From Spirochaetia bacterium (lineage in GTDB: Bacteria; Spirochaetota; Spirochaetia; SZUA-6; Bin103), in contig CBDAOI010000004.1 in the NCBI GenBank assembly GCA_965198005.1, positions 1,248,001 through 1,312,000 on the forward strand: 64,000 nucleotides of DNA, written 5' to 3'. The translations under genes were made by a program, and so were the position numbers. Of the stretch, positions 42,549 through 52,024 are shown piece after piece. Positions within the stretch are counted from its first letter, which is position 1. Each line of letters begins with the position of its first letter. The notes beneath the pieces were generated by a model. It was not told the origin of the DNA and made no database searches. It worked only from the letters and a program-made list of their open reading frames with translations.

Positions 42549-42734
42549 CGTCGCCGACCACCGCCCCACCCGGCGCTCCGGGATCAGGTGCGCGCACGCG
42601 TTCAAGGAGGTACCCGACGTAGCATGCGGAACTGACTCGGACTCGGGGCTGTCGTCCTCGCTTTCCGGGCACCCGCGATTGCGGGTGTACCTCGAGAGTG
42701 GGCGAGGGATGGGCAGTGGCATCAGCACTCTCGA
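42549..42734 (+). promoter_or_regulatory. conserved structured 5' leader of dppA (copy 1)
   Basis: About 190-nt homology to 59303-59489; hairpins and alternative pairings just before RBS AAGGAG. Confidence 0.45.
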
Positions 42735-42751
42735 ATACCAAGGAGTCGAAG

Positions 42752-44560
42752 ATGCATTACGTAATCTTTCGAAAGTTGCTCGCGGTACTGTTCGGTCTCG
42801 TCCTGACCGCCACCGGCCTCTGGGCGAGCCCGGCCGGGGAAGAGGAATCGGAAGCGGCGATGGAGAAGGAAATGGTGACCGACCCAGCCACCGGCAAGAT
42901 GGTGACCGCGCCGGAGTATGGCGGCACGTTATCCTATCCCTACCATTTAACCAGCGATACCACTGACGTCCGTGATGCCCACTATGCGGTCTTTCTCATC
43001 AGTGGCGTCAATGAGACGCTCGCCTGGGGGGACTGGGCACTGGCTAGGGAAGAAGTTTCCTTTAGGAGCAATTACGTGCCGCTGCCTGCCTTTACGGCGG
43101 GGCTGATGGAGAACTGGTCGCAGCCCGACCCCGTAACGTATGTCGTCAAAGTCCGCCAGGGAGTTCGCTGGCATGATAAGGCACCCGTGAACGGTCGTGA
43201 GCTAACGGCCGAAGATATCGTGTACAACTATCAGCGTAATTTGGTTCTGGGCGACTTCACCGAACGTCCCGCCCGGACCTGGGTCTTGTTCAACCTGCCA
43301 TGGGAATCGATAGAGGCCACCGACAAATACACGGTCGTTTTCAAGCTTAAGGAGCCTACCGTAGGTGCGATAAGGGACATCTTCGACGACATGCCGATGT
43401 ATATCTTGCCGCCCGAGGTAATCGAGCAATATGGCAACTACGCAGATTGGAGAAACATGGTCGGCACCGGGCCCGTTATGCTGACTGACTATGTCGAAGG
43501 CGTCTCCAAGACCTATACCAAGAATCCTGACTACTGGGGCTACGACCCAAAGTATCCGCAGAACCGTTTGCCTTATACTGACCAGCTAAGGGCCCTGTAC
43601 ATGGCAGAAGAAGCAACCCGTATATCGGCACTACGCACGGGTGCGGTTGATATAATACATACAGCCGGCGCCGGCACTACTATCGGATCCCTCGACACGA
43701 TAAGGAGTCTCCAGAGGACCAACCCGGAAATCGAAGTGTGGAGCTCTACCGGGACGTCGGACAAGAGTTTTGGTCTGAACATACACAGGCCGCCGTTTGA
43801 CGACATCCGGGTGCGTCACGCGTTGCAAATGGCACTGGACCTGGAGACGATTAACGAAACCTACTTTGGGGGGTTCTCACGGTGGCAACCCGCTGGGATC
43901 GTAGGGCCTGCGGTCGTGGGATACCACATCACATTTGAAGAGATTCCCGAAGAGGTAAAGCAATACTACAGGTACGACTCGGAAGGTGCCGAGAAGCTGC
44001 TTGATGAGGCCGGATATCCGCGCGGCGCGGACGGCATTAGACTCAGGGCCACTCTTTCCCAACGGGACGTCAATGATCTGGGCTACACGGAAATAGCCGT
44101 GGGCTCCTGGGCTGCCATTGGAGTCGAGGTAACGATCAATATCGTTGACACGGCGACTTTTGTCAGCCAAAGAAACGAACATACCTATGAGATGATAACG
44201 GGCCACCGAGGCTGGGATTTCAGCCCCGCTACGCCGGTGGGCTGGTATCGCCAAGGACCTGCCACCAAGCATCTCAGCGAATACGTGGGCGGAATCGAGA
44301 CCCCTGAGATGTCCGCCGCCTATGATGCATTTTACGCCGCTACCACCATCGAGGAGCAGCAGAAGGCATTTAGAGCGTACGACATGGAGACCATAAAACG
44401 CCACAATCAGGTATGGGGTCCTGCTGCTCCAAGTTTTCAGGCGAACCAGCCGTGGGTAAAAGGTTACAATGGCGAAATTACCCTGCGCCAGGGAGCCGAG
44501 CAGGCGGTGCTCACTCACCTTTGGATTGACCAGGATCTGAAGAGAGAAATGGGCTTTTAG
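42752..44560 (+). CDS. peptide/nickel ABC substrate-binding protein (SBP_bac_5, DppA-like)
   Basis: GLWA signal peptide, APEYGGTL, VRWHDK..LTAEDI, VGTGP, PFDDIRVRHAL. Confidence 0.92.
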   Translation: MHYVIFRKLLAVLFGLVLTATGLWASPAGEEESEAAMEKEMVTDPATGKMVTAPEYGGTLSYPYHLTSDTTDVRDAHYAVFLISGVNETLAWGDWALAREEVSFRSNYVPLPAFTAGLMENWSQPDPVTYVVKVRQGVRWHDKAPVNGRELTAEDIVYNYQRNLVLGDFTERPARTWVLFNLPWESIEATDKYTVVFKLKEPTVGAIRDIFDDMPMYILPPEVIEQYGNYADWRNMVGTGPVMLTDYVEGVSKTYTKNPDYWGYDPKYPQNRLPYTDQLRALYMAEEATRISALRTGAVDIIHTAGAGTTIGSLDTIRSLQRTNPEIEVWSSTGTSDKSFGLNIHRPPFDDIRVRHALQMALDLETINETYFGGFSRWQPAGIVGPAVVGYHITFEEIPEEVKQYYRYDSEGAEKLLDEAGYPRGADGIRLRATLSQRDVNDLGYTEIAVGSWAAIGVEVTINIVDTATFVSQRNEHTYEMITGHRGWDFSPATPVGWYRQGPATKHLSEYVGGIETPEMSAAYDAFYAATTIEEQQKAFRAYDMETIKRHNQVWGPAAPSFQANQPWVKGYNGEITLRQGAEQAVLTHLWIDQDLKREMGF

Positions 44561-44589
44561 CTTTAGCGGTTCATCTATCCAGACAAACA

Positions 44590-44621
44590 GGGGAGTTGGG
44601 AGGCTCTGGCTTCCCAGCTCC
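44590..44621 (+). terminator. hairpin after dppA
   Basis: GGGAGTTGGGAG..TTCCCAGCTCCC; related hairpin at 49992-50036. Confidence 0.55.
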
Positions 44622-44644
44622 CTAAACCAACTTGGAGAGAACTT

Positions 44645-45001
44645 ATGAGTTTTGTAGAAGGTCTAATAAAATCAATCAACCCAAAATCGGTGGTGCTGGA
44701 TCCTCTCCCGATTCGTGAAGAGGTCCTGGAGGGATCGCCGACGGCAGCAATCAAGGTGCTCTGGGAATCGGAGGACAAGTCCTGTGTTACCGCGGTTTGG
44801 TCATGTACGATCGGAAGATGGGAAATCGATTGGGAATGGGATGAGATGATGTACATAATCGAGGGTGAATTGGAACTCACCGATCATCTCGGACACTCCC
44901 AAACATTTGGAGCTGGTGATCTTTTTCATGTCAGCAAGGGAGCCAAGACCATGTGGAATGTAAAACAGCCTCTTCTGAAGATTTTCTATATTCATCGTTA
45001 G
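44645..45001 (+). CDS. cupin_3 (EutQ-like) protein
   Basis: VWSCTIG..WDEMMYIIEG..GAGDLF..WNV..KIFY; low GC. Confidence 0.85.
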   Translation: MSFVEGLIKSINPKSVVLDPLPIREEVLEGSPTAAIKVLWESEDKSCVTAVWSCTIGRWEIDWEWDEMMYIIEGELELTDHLGHSQTFGAGDLFHVSKGAKTMWNVKQPLLKIFYIHR

Positions 45002-45023
45002 CTCCCGAGAGGTTCTGGCTGCC

Positions 45024-45983
45024 ATGAGAGCCTACGTCATCAGGCGGCTCTTACTGCTGCTCCCGACACTGTTTGTCTTGTCCGTCCTGGTCTTTCTGTC
45101 GGTGCGCTTCATCCCCGGTGATGTCATCGACGTCATGCTGGGTAGGATGGAATGGCAAGCAGCGGGGGGGATTGACCGTGCGGCTCTCGAGCGCAGGCTG
45201 GGATTGGACGTACCGGTCTGGGTCCAGTATGGACGCTGGATGGGAGAGCTGTTCCTGCGCGGCAGCCTGGGCGAGTCCCTGATGGGCGGTTGGCCGATAA
45301 AGGAGCGGATACTCGGTCGTTTGCCGGTCACCGTCGAGCTCGGCGTGCTGGCCATCCTCATCGGCTTGGTCATCGCGCTGCCGGTGGGCATCTACTCGGC
45401 GGTGCGCCAGTACACGGCTGCCGACTACGTGGGACGGTCGGTCGCCATCATGGGGCTGGCGACGCCCAACTTCTGGCTGGGAACGATGGTGATGATCTAC
45501 CCCGCCATCTGGTGGGCGTGGTCGCCGCCGATGGAGTTTTTCTCTCTTTCCGAAGACCCACTGGGCAACCTCGGCATGTTCCTCATTCCCAGCCTGATCC
45601 TGGGGACCTACCTGTCGGCCAGCACCATGCGCATGACGCGCACCATGATGCTGGAGGTGCTGAGGCAGGACTACATCAGGACCGCCTGGGCCAAGGGCCT
45701 GCTGGAGCGGTCGGTGATCCTGCGCCACGCGCTGAAGAACGCGATCATCCCGGTGGTGACGCTGGTGGGCATGCAGCTGCCGATCCTGGTGGGCGGCGCG
45801 GTGATCATCGAGAATATCTTCAACCTGCCGGGTTTGGGGCGGCTGATGCTGGATGCGCTCAACGACCGCGACTACCCGGTGGTGTCGGCGGTGAACCTGT
45901 TCTTCGCCACGGTGGTGGTGGTGGTCAACCTGCTGACCGATCTGGTGTACGCGTCGCTGGATCCGCGGATTCGCTACGAATGA
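45024..45983 (+). CDS. peptide ABC permease, DppB-like
   Basis: YVIRRLL, PGD, RLPVT, DYIRTAWAKG, HALKNA, LDPRIRY. Confidence 0.92.
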   Translation: MRAYVIRRLLLLLPTLFVLSVLVFLSVRFIPGDVIDVMLGRMEWQAAGGIDRAALERRLGLDVPVWVQYGRWMGELFLRGSLGESLMGGWPIKERILGRLPVTVELGVLAILIGLVIALPVGIYSAVRQYTAADYVGRSVAIMGLATPNFWLGTMVMIYPAIWWAWSPPMEFFSLSEDPLGNLGMFLIPSLILGTYLSASTMRMTRTMMLEVLRQDYIRTAWAKGLLERSVILRHALKNAIIPVVTLVGMQLPILVGGAVIIENIFNLPGLGRLMLDALNDRDYPVVSAVNLFFATVVVVVNLLTDLVYASLDPRIRYE

Positions 45984-45992
45984 GGCGGGCCG

Positions 45993-46315
45993 ATGGGTGA
46001 CGTTTCCCCGTTGACAAGTTCCCGAACAACCGGATGGCGCTGGATCTGGAGACGATCTCCAACACCTACTTCAAGGGGTATCCGGATCCGAGGCCGCATG
46101 GATACATTCACAACGATTCCGACCTTGGGACGCCGTTCGACGAATGGCCGGAGGAGATCAAGCAGTACTACCGGTACGATCCGGAACGGGCGAAGCAGCT
46201 TCTGGCGCTCACGGTGGTGGTGTACTGCCTCAACATGTTCGGCGACGCGGTGCGCGACCTGCTCGACCCCCGGCTGCGGGGCGGTGGCGGCGGCGCGGGC
46301 CTCGGCAGCGGCTGA
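45993..46315 (+). pseudogene. chimera of a dppC start, dppA fragments and a dppC tail
   Basis: MGDVSPL / DKFPNNR-MALDLETI..YRYDPE / VVVYCLNMFGDAVRDLLDPRL. Confidence 0.8.
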
Positions 46316-46403
46316 ACGGGCACTGGAAAAGGCCGCCCGGTCAGCCTGATAGAACCCGGTAGCGCCGACCGTGCGCCGACTCGGCTATCTGAAACGTCAC
46401 TAT

Positions 46404-46691
46404 TCATTGCATGGGATGGTTGGTGCTGCCGCCGGCGGCCTCCAGTTGCTGCTTGAGCCGCCCAAATGCGGCCTCGTCGATTCCAGTGGCCGCTTCTATC
46501 GTGGACCACGGGACATCTCGGCCCAGCAATCCCTCGATGGTTCGCACCTGAGTCATCAGTACGCCTTCCTGACGGCCTTCCTGACGGCCTTCCTGACGGC
46601 CTTCCTGACGGCCTTCCCGGAGGCCCTTCTGACGGGCCTCCTGCTCTATCACCTCGCCGTAAATCTCGAGCATCTCCTGCGTCTTGTTCAT
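46404..46691 (-). CDS. putative internally translated RpnS
   Basis: GGAGGTGGAGAACTG-ATG in frame, before the QEGR repeat region. Confidence 0.55.
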   Translation of the reverse strand: MNKTQEMLEIYGEVIEQEARQKGLREGRQEGRQEGRQEGRQEGVLMTQVRTIEGLLGRDVPWSTIEAATGIDEAAFGRLKQQLEAAGGSTNHPMQ

Positions 46692-47432
46692 CAGTTCTCC
46701 ACCTCCCGGTACGTGTCGCCGTACCGCCTCCGCGAATCTGTGCCAGCGCTCCGGTTCCCTCGTCGTGGCCGCCATGTACACTACGATCGGTCGCAGTTCG
46801 TCGATTCCCCCGTCCTGCACCAGTTTCGCCATCAGCGGCACCAACCGCTGCATCACCGGCCAGCTCGCCCGGTACGCCGCCATCAGCGCCAGTTGCGCGA
46901 TGCGACCACGCAATTCACCGCGCAACTCGTCCGGCCCCACTTTCGTCTGGTCGATCAACAGATGCGCGTAGCGCGGCACTCCCGGCCAACCTCGGACTGC
47001 TGCAGCGAACAGTTCCGAGAACTCGCGCGGGGGATACCAGCCGTGCTTGCCCTGATACAACACCAGCGGCACTATCGGGCGCAGGTGCTCCTCATCGGGG
47101 TGCTGCTTCCGATCCCGTTCCCAGATCCTGATACTGTACTTCAGCAGCCGCAGCCGTAACCAGGGGTCAGGCGTCGACTGGTGCTCCAGCAAGACGTACA
47201 GCCAGGCCGGTGCGTCATCGGCTTTGCGCTGGACCGCATACAGCAGGTCCGATTCGCTCTCGCGCAATCGGTCGTCGATGAAGCTGACGTCCTGCCGCTT
47301 GAGGCTCGACCACAGCAATTCGCTGTTGACTGCGTCCGGGAGGTGCGCCCGCAGCAGGCCGGCTGCCTCGGATTCCTCTCGGAACACGGATCGGAACAGG
47401 TGGTCGTGGGGCTTGGAGACCTCGCCGGCCAT
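46404..47432 (-). CDS. Rpn-family recombination-promoting nuclease (RpnL)
   Basis: PHDHLFR, SFID..ESDLLY, LLEHQS, PLVLYQG; QEGR repeats at 46563-46617. Confidence 0.9.
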   Translation of the reverse strand: MAGEVSKPHDHLFRSVFREESEAAGLLRAHLPDAVNSELLWSSLKRQDVSFIDDRLRESESDLLYAVQRKADDAPAWLYVLLEHQSTPDPWLRLRLLKYSIRIWERDRKQHPDEEHLRPIVPLVLYQGKHGWYPPREFSELFAAAVRGWPGVPRYAHLLIDQTKVGPDELRGELRGRIAQLALMAAYRASWPVMQRLVPLMAKLVQDGGIDELRPIVVYMAATTREPERWHRFAEAVRRHVPGGGELMNKTQEMLEIYGEVIEQEARQKGLREGRQEGRQEGRQEGRQEGVLMTQVRTIEGLLGRDVPWSTIEAATGIDEAAFGRLKQQLEAAGGSTNHPMQ

Positions 47433-47497
47433 GACGCGCCAGCGTACGCATTTTGCATCGGACGGTCCACCCTCCACCCAGAGGCACAAGGGCCGCC

Positions 47498-47560
47498 GGA
47501 AAAAAACGTGAAGAAAGTGCAATCAAGCGCTTGCCCGCTATGGCGGGGATGTGCTATGGT
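47498..47560 (+). promoter_or_regulatory. promoter-like element with an AAGCGCTT palindrome (copy 2)
   Basis: GTGCAATCAAGCGCTTGCCC-18 nt-TATGGT with an extended TG. Confidence 0.4.
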
Positions 47561-48166
47561 ATCGGGGTTTGGGGACTTGAACGGATACGGATGATGCTTG
47601 ACTACGCACTGCAGCCCTGCCATCGGCCCACGCTACTCGCGCCCGAGCACCGCCGCCCGGCGTGTCGCTTTGGCCCATCCCGTCCGTCTACCCCCCCCCC
47701 CACACACACGGCTCGGTCCATCGCCGAACCGGCATGCGGACCGCCCGCGCCCTTGCCGGCGACCGCAGCCGTGCCGGAACCCCGCCCGCGACTGACTCCC
47801 GGCAAGACCCTCCGCCGGCGTTGCCGGCTATTCAGACGCGGTGCTTCGCCGACTACGACCCCGCGTGGCGTTATGACGCAGGTCCCGACGTCCGCCGAGC
47901 GGTCGGTGTTGGCCCAATGGGACGCACACGCGCCGCGCGTAGCGCACCCCGCAACCCGGCAAGCACCCGGACCAGGCCATATTCTCTGTCAATTACCGAA
48001 ACCTACAGAAAATGGAGGTGCAAAATGATACTCAAAGAGCCGCACGCGCGCGCGGCGTGAGCCCAGTGAGTCACACGCCGCGCGCGTCAGCAATCTGACT
48101 CTGACTGGCGGCCCGCGTTGCGGGCGTGAGAGCAGCCAGAGAGCGGATCTACATACGGAGAAACGT

Positions 48167-49963
48167 ATGAATATTTCAATTGTTAGAATGATCTTCGCGT
48201 TTGCGTTGGTCCTGATTCTCACCGCGACCGGCCTGTGGGCCGGGGGCGAGGACGAGGCGCCGGCAGCGACTGCGGACAAGGAAATGGTGACCGACCCCAC
48301 CACCGGCGAGATGGTGACTGCGCCGGAGTATGGCGGGACACTTACCATCGGTAAACGACTTGGAATTGGTTCGGATACTGACCCCTATTTTGGCTGGGGC
48401 GGACTCCATGTTCAGCTCGTCTCAGAGAAGCTAGGTATCGGCGACTGGGGAATAGACAGAGACGAATGGGATTTTAGATCTGGCCCGATCCCTGTGTCTG
48501 TCATTACCGGGCGGCTAGCTGAAAGATGGGATATTTCCCCGGACGGCCTCACCTATACCTTCCACATCCGCAACGGCGTTCTCTGGCATAATAAGGCGCC
48601 GATGAACGGTCGCGAGCTCACTGCACACGACATAGAATTCAACTTTCACCGCATATTGGGCATGGGCGAGTTCACCGAGGCCGGACCGAGCGCCTTCAAT
48701 GCCGCTGGCCCACTCACCTCCATCCCATTCGAGTCGATAACAGCCACCGACGATTCGACGGTGGTGATGAAGCTGAACGAGGTACACCTCCCTGCGCTGC
48801 GGCTTATCCTCGAAGAGTACTTCACGTTCATCATGCCGCCTGAGGTAATCAGAGAACACGGTGACGTCAAGGACTGGAAAAACCTGGTTGGCACCGGACC
48901 GTTCGAGCTGACTGCACTCGACGAGGACAGCTCGTTCACTTTGACCAAGAATCCTGACTACTGGGGCTATGACGAAAAGTACCCGGAGAACCGTTTGCCC
49001 TACGTGGACGAGATAAGGGTACTGAATTTTGCAGATCACGCAACAATTCAGGCGGCACTCATCACTGGCAAGATCGATGCGAGACCCCTTGGGGGTGGTG
49101 AAATGAATAGCATCGACCAGGCAGATAGCCTACGGCAAACCAACCCGGAGATCGTGCAGCACACGGTGCCGTTTCGGTCGAATGACGCCTTTGCCGCTAA
49201 CGTGCGCGTGCCGCCCTTTGACGACATCGGAGTGCGCAAGGCGATGCAGATGGCGCTGGACCTCGAGACCGTTGCCAACACGTACCATAAGGGTCAGGCA
49301 GATCCGACACCTCAGGGACTGGTAGGGGTGAAGGGGTATTTCATCCCATTTGACCAGTGGCCCGAAGAGGTCAAGCAAGGCTATCGGTACGACCCGGAAG
49401 GTGCCGAGAAGCTCCTTGATGAGGCTGGGTATCCGCGCGGCGCCGACGGCACCAGATTCAAGACCATCTTGAACTACGGACCTTGGGCAGATTTGGGCTA
49501 CGTAGAAATAGCTGTTTCCTACTGGGCCGAGATCGGTGTCGATGTCGAGATCGATGTACTCGACTATGGCGAATATCACGAGAGGCTATTCTCGCGTACC
49601 TATGAAGGCATGGTCAGTGCCATTGCGGGCACCAACTATGATCCTGAGATGACGGTAAGCTGGTATCACTCGGACAACCAGTGGAACCGCGGCGGCAGCC
49701 AGTGGGCTGAGTTGGACGCTCTCGTTGACGCCGCCCTGGCAGCTACGACCATTGAGGAGCAGCAGAGGCTGGTGAGAGAGGCGGACATGTATGCGATGGC
49801 GAATCACTGGCTGATATGGAGTCCGAAACTTCCGTTTTTTGTTGCGTTCCAGCCGTGGGTCATAGGCTATAACGGTGAGGTAGAGCTGGCGAAGGGCGAG
49901 ACTTATGTCACTTTCTCCCGCCTCTGGATTGACAGTCGGCTAAAGGAAGAAATGGGTCGTTAG
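48167..49963 (+). CDS. peptide ABC substrate-binding protein (DppA-like)
   Basis: Same architecture as the 42752 gene; GGAG RBS. Confidence 0.92.
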   Translation: MNISIVRMIFAFALVLILTATGLWAGGEDEAPAATADKEMVTDPTTGEMVTAPEYGGTLTIGKRLGIGSDTDPYFGWGGLHVQLVSEKLGIGDWGIDRDEWDFRSGPIPVSVITGRLAERWDISPDGLTYTFHIRNGVLWHNKAPMNGRELTAHDIEFNFHRILGMGEFTEAGPSAFNAAGPLTSIPFESITATDDSTVVMKLNEVHLPALRLILEEYFTFIMPPEVIREHGDVKDWKNLVGTGPFELTALDEDSSFTLTKNPDYWGYDEKYPENRLPYVDEIRVLNFADHATIQAALITGKIDARPLGGGEMNSIDQADSLRQTNPEIVQHTVPFRSNDAFAANVRVPPFDDIGVRKAMQMALDLETVANTYHKGQADPTPQGLVGVKGYFIPFDQWPEEVKQGYRYDPEGAEKLLDEAGYPRGADGTRFKTILNYGPWADLGYVEIAVSYWAEIGVDVEIDVLDYGEYHERLFSRTYEGMVSAIAGTNYDPEMTVSWYHSDNQWNRGGSQWAELDALVDAALAATTIEEQQRLVREADMYAMANHWLIWSPKLPFFVAFQPWVIGYNGEVELAKGETYVTFSRLWIDSRLKEEMGR

Positions 49964-49991
49964 GGATTTCATCCCCTTGTGGCCGACCTCA

Positions 49992-50036
49992 GGAGAGCTG
50001 GGAGGCCCGCTTCCCAGCGGCGCTGCCCAGCTCTCC
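49992..50036 (+). terminator. hairpin after dppA
   Basis: GGAGAGCTGGG..CCCAGCTCTCC. Confidence 0.55.
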
Positions 50037-50067
50037 ATGCATTGAATAATGACCGGACATCTGTGAT

Positions 50068-51024
50068 ATGAGGGCCTATGTCATCAGGCGGTTACTGCTC
50101 GTCATCCCCACTCTGTTCGTAATGAGCCTCATTGTCTTCTTCTCCGTCCGTTTCATCCCGGGCGATGCCATAGACGCAATGTTGGGTAGGACAGATTTCC
50201 TGGTCGACGTAGACCGTGAGGCTCTCGCGCGGATGCTCGGATTGGACGTGCCCGCCTATGTGCAGTATGGCCGCTGGATAGGGGGTATTTCCCTGCACGG
50301 CAGCCTTGGCCGCTCACTGATTGGCGGCCGGGCGGCGGTAGAGGAGAAGATATTCGGTAGATTGCCGGTAACGCTTCAGCTTGGCCTGATGTCGATCGTC
50401 ATCGGGCTGGTGATAGCCTTGCCGATCGGCATCTACTCGGCGATTCGGCAGGATACCGCCGCCGACTACGTGGGGCGCTCGGTCGCCATCATCGGCCTGG
50501 CAACGCCGAACTTCTGGCTGGGAACCATGGTCATGATCTTCCCGGCGATCTGGTGGGGCTGGTCGCCAGCGATAGAAGTGATTCGCTTGACGGAAGATCC
50601 GCTGGGGAGTCTGGGGGTGTTCATCATCCCCAGCCTGATTCTGGGAACCTATCTATCGGCAGCTACCATGCGGATAACGCGCACCATGATGCTGGAGGTG
50701 CTGCGGCAGGACTACATCCGGACGGCCTGGGCCAAGGGGCTCAAGGAGAGGGTGGTTGTGGTGCGGCACGCCGTCAAGAATGCCCTCATTCCGATCGTGA
50801 CCCTGGTAGGCCTGCAGCTACCGATCCTGGTAGGGGGCTCCGTTATCATGGAGAACATCTTCAACCTGCCGGGGTTGGGTCGTCTCATGCTGACCGCGCT
50901 TACCGACAGAGACTACCCGGTGGTCTCCGGAGTAAACCTGTTCTTCGGCACGGCGGTCGTGGGGTTCAATCTCATGATCGATCTGGTGTACGGCTACCTG
51001 GATCCGCGGGTCCGCTACCAGTAG
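50068..51024 (+). CDS. peptide ABC permease, DppB-like
   Basis: Full-length BPD_transp_1 motifs. Confidence 0.92.
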   Translation: MRAYVIRRLLLVIPTLFVMSLIVFFSVRFIPGDAIDAMLGRTDFLVDVDREALARMLGLDVPAYVQYGRWIGGISLHGSLGRSLIGGRAAVEEKIFGRLPVTLQLGLMSIVIGLVIALPIGIYSAIRQDTAADYVGRSVAIIGLATPNFWLGTMVMIFPAIWWGWSPAIEVIRLTEDPLGSLGVFIIPSLILGTYLSAATMRITRTMMLEVLRQDYIRTAWAKGLKERVVVVRHAVKNALIPIVTLVGLQLPILVGGSVIMENIFNLPGLGRLMLTALTDRDYPVVSGVNLFFGTAVVGFNLMIDLVYGYLDPRVRYQ

Positions 51025-51035
51025 CACGCGCGGTA

Positions 51036-51902
51036 ATGGCTGCTTTCTTCGTCAGGCTGTGGCGGGAGAAGTCACTCGGTGCTCTCAGCGGGATCGTCAT
51101 CCTGCTATGCATTCTTGTGGCGGCCTTTGCCGACGTTCTGGCCCCGTATGAATATCTGGAAATACACTTGGCCGACCGCCTGACCGGTTCATCGGCCGCG
51201 TATCCGCTCGGTACCGACCACCTGGGACGAGACCTGCTCAGCCGCATCATCTACGGGGCTCGGCTGTCGTTGATCGTCGGCCTGTCGGCGACTGCAGTGA
51301 ATGTCGTGGTCGCCGTGCTGATCGGCGGCACCTCAGGATTCTTCGGCGGCAGACTCGACCTGGTCGTGCAGAGATTCGTCGACGGCTGGATGGCGATCCC
51401 GGGACTGCTGCTGTTGTTGACGATCATGTCCATCGTCGGCAAGGGGGTGCCCCAGCTCATACTGGTCCTGGGGATATCGGGGGGCATCGGCGGCTCGCGC
51501 CTGGTCAGAAGCGCCGTGATCGACATCAAGGAGAATACCTATTTCCAGGCGACCAGGGTCATTGGCGCCTCGAAGTGGCGGACGTTCACCCACCATGTCC
51601 TGCCCAACATCATGCCGGTGGTGATCATCGTCTTCAGTATCAACGTCGGCGGCGTGATCATCAGTGAGGCTTCGCTGAGCTTTCTCGGCTTCGGCCTGCC
51701 GCCCAACGTTCCGAGCTGGGGTGCCATGCTGAGCCGGGAGGGCCGCCAGTACATGCAGCAGGGGCCGTGGCTGGCGCTCTGGCCCGGCCTGTGCCTGACC
51801 ATCGTGGTCTACAGCCTGAACATGTTCGGCGATGCCGTGCGTGACCTGCTCGACCCGCGGCTGCGGGGTGGCGGAGGTCGTTTCGGCGCCGGCGGCGCCT
51901 GA
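51036..51902 (+). CDS. peptide ABC permease, DppC-like
   Basis: LGTDHLGRDLLSR, HVLPN, EASLSFLG, GDAVRDLLDPR. Confidence 0.9.
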   Translation: MAAFFVRLWREKSLGALSGIVILLCILVAAFADVLAPYEYLEIHLADRLTGSSAAYPLGTDHLGRDLLSRIIYGARLSLIVGLSATAVNVVVAVLIGGTSGFFGGRLDLVVQRFVDGWMAIPGLLLLLTIMSIVGKGVPQLILVLGISGGIGGSRLVRSAVIDIKENTYFQATRVIGASKWRTFTHHVLPNIMPVVIIVFSINVGGVIISEASLSFLGFGLPPNVPSWGAMLSREGRQYMQQGPWLALWPGLCLTIVVYSLNMFGDAVRDLLDPRLRGGGGRFGAGGA

Positions 51903-52024
51903 GTCGGTCGAGACAACCTGACGCTCCCACGCCGGACGCCGCGCCGGCCGGCCGCGGTATTCGCAGAGATCGACGGCACACCGCCACACCCGCTACCCTG
52001 AGCTGAGGCGCGCTGACCGCGCAG

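Noticed and set aside
42549-42734. Known riboswitch (cobalamin, TPP, SAM, FMN, glycine, T-box)
   Set aside because: No consensus core recognised; kept only as a novel candidate pending an Rfam search.
41401-47432. Rpn genes as IS elements
   Set aside because: No terminal inverted repeats or target duplications are visible; the family is better explained as TA/nuclease.
47580-48110. Gene or ncRNA in the long region before the second dppA
   Set aside because: Only an 11-codon RBS-led stub (48025) and a GC-rich hairpin (about 48043-48087) are present, which is too little support.
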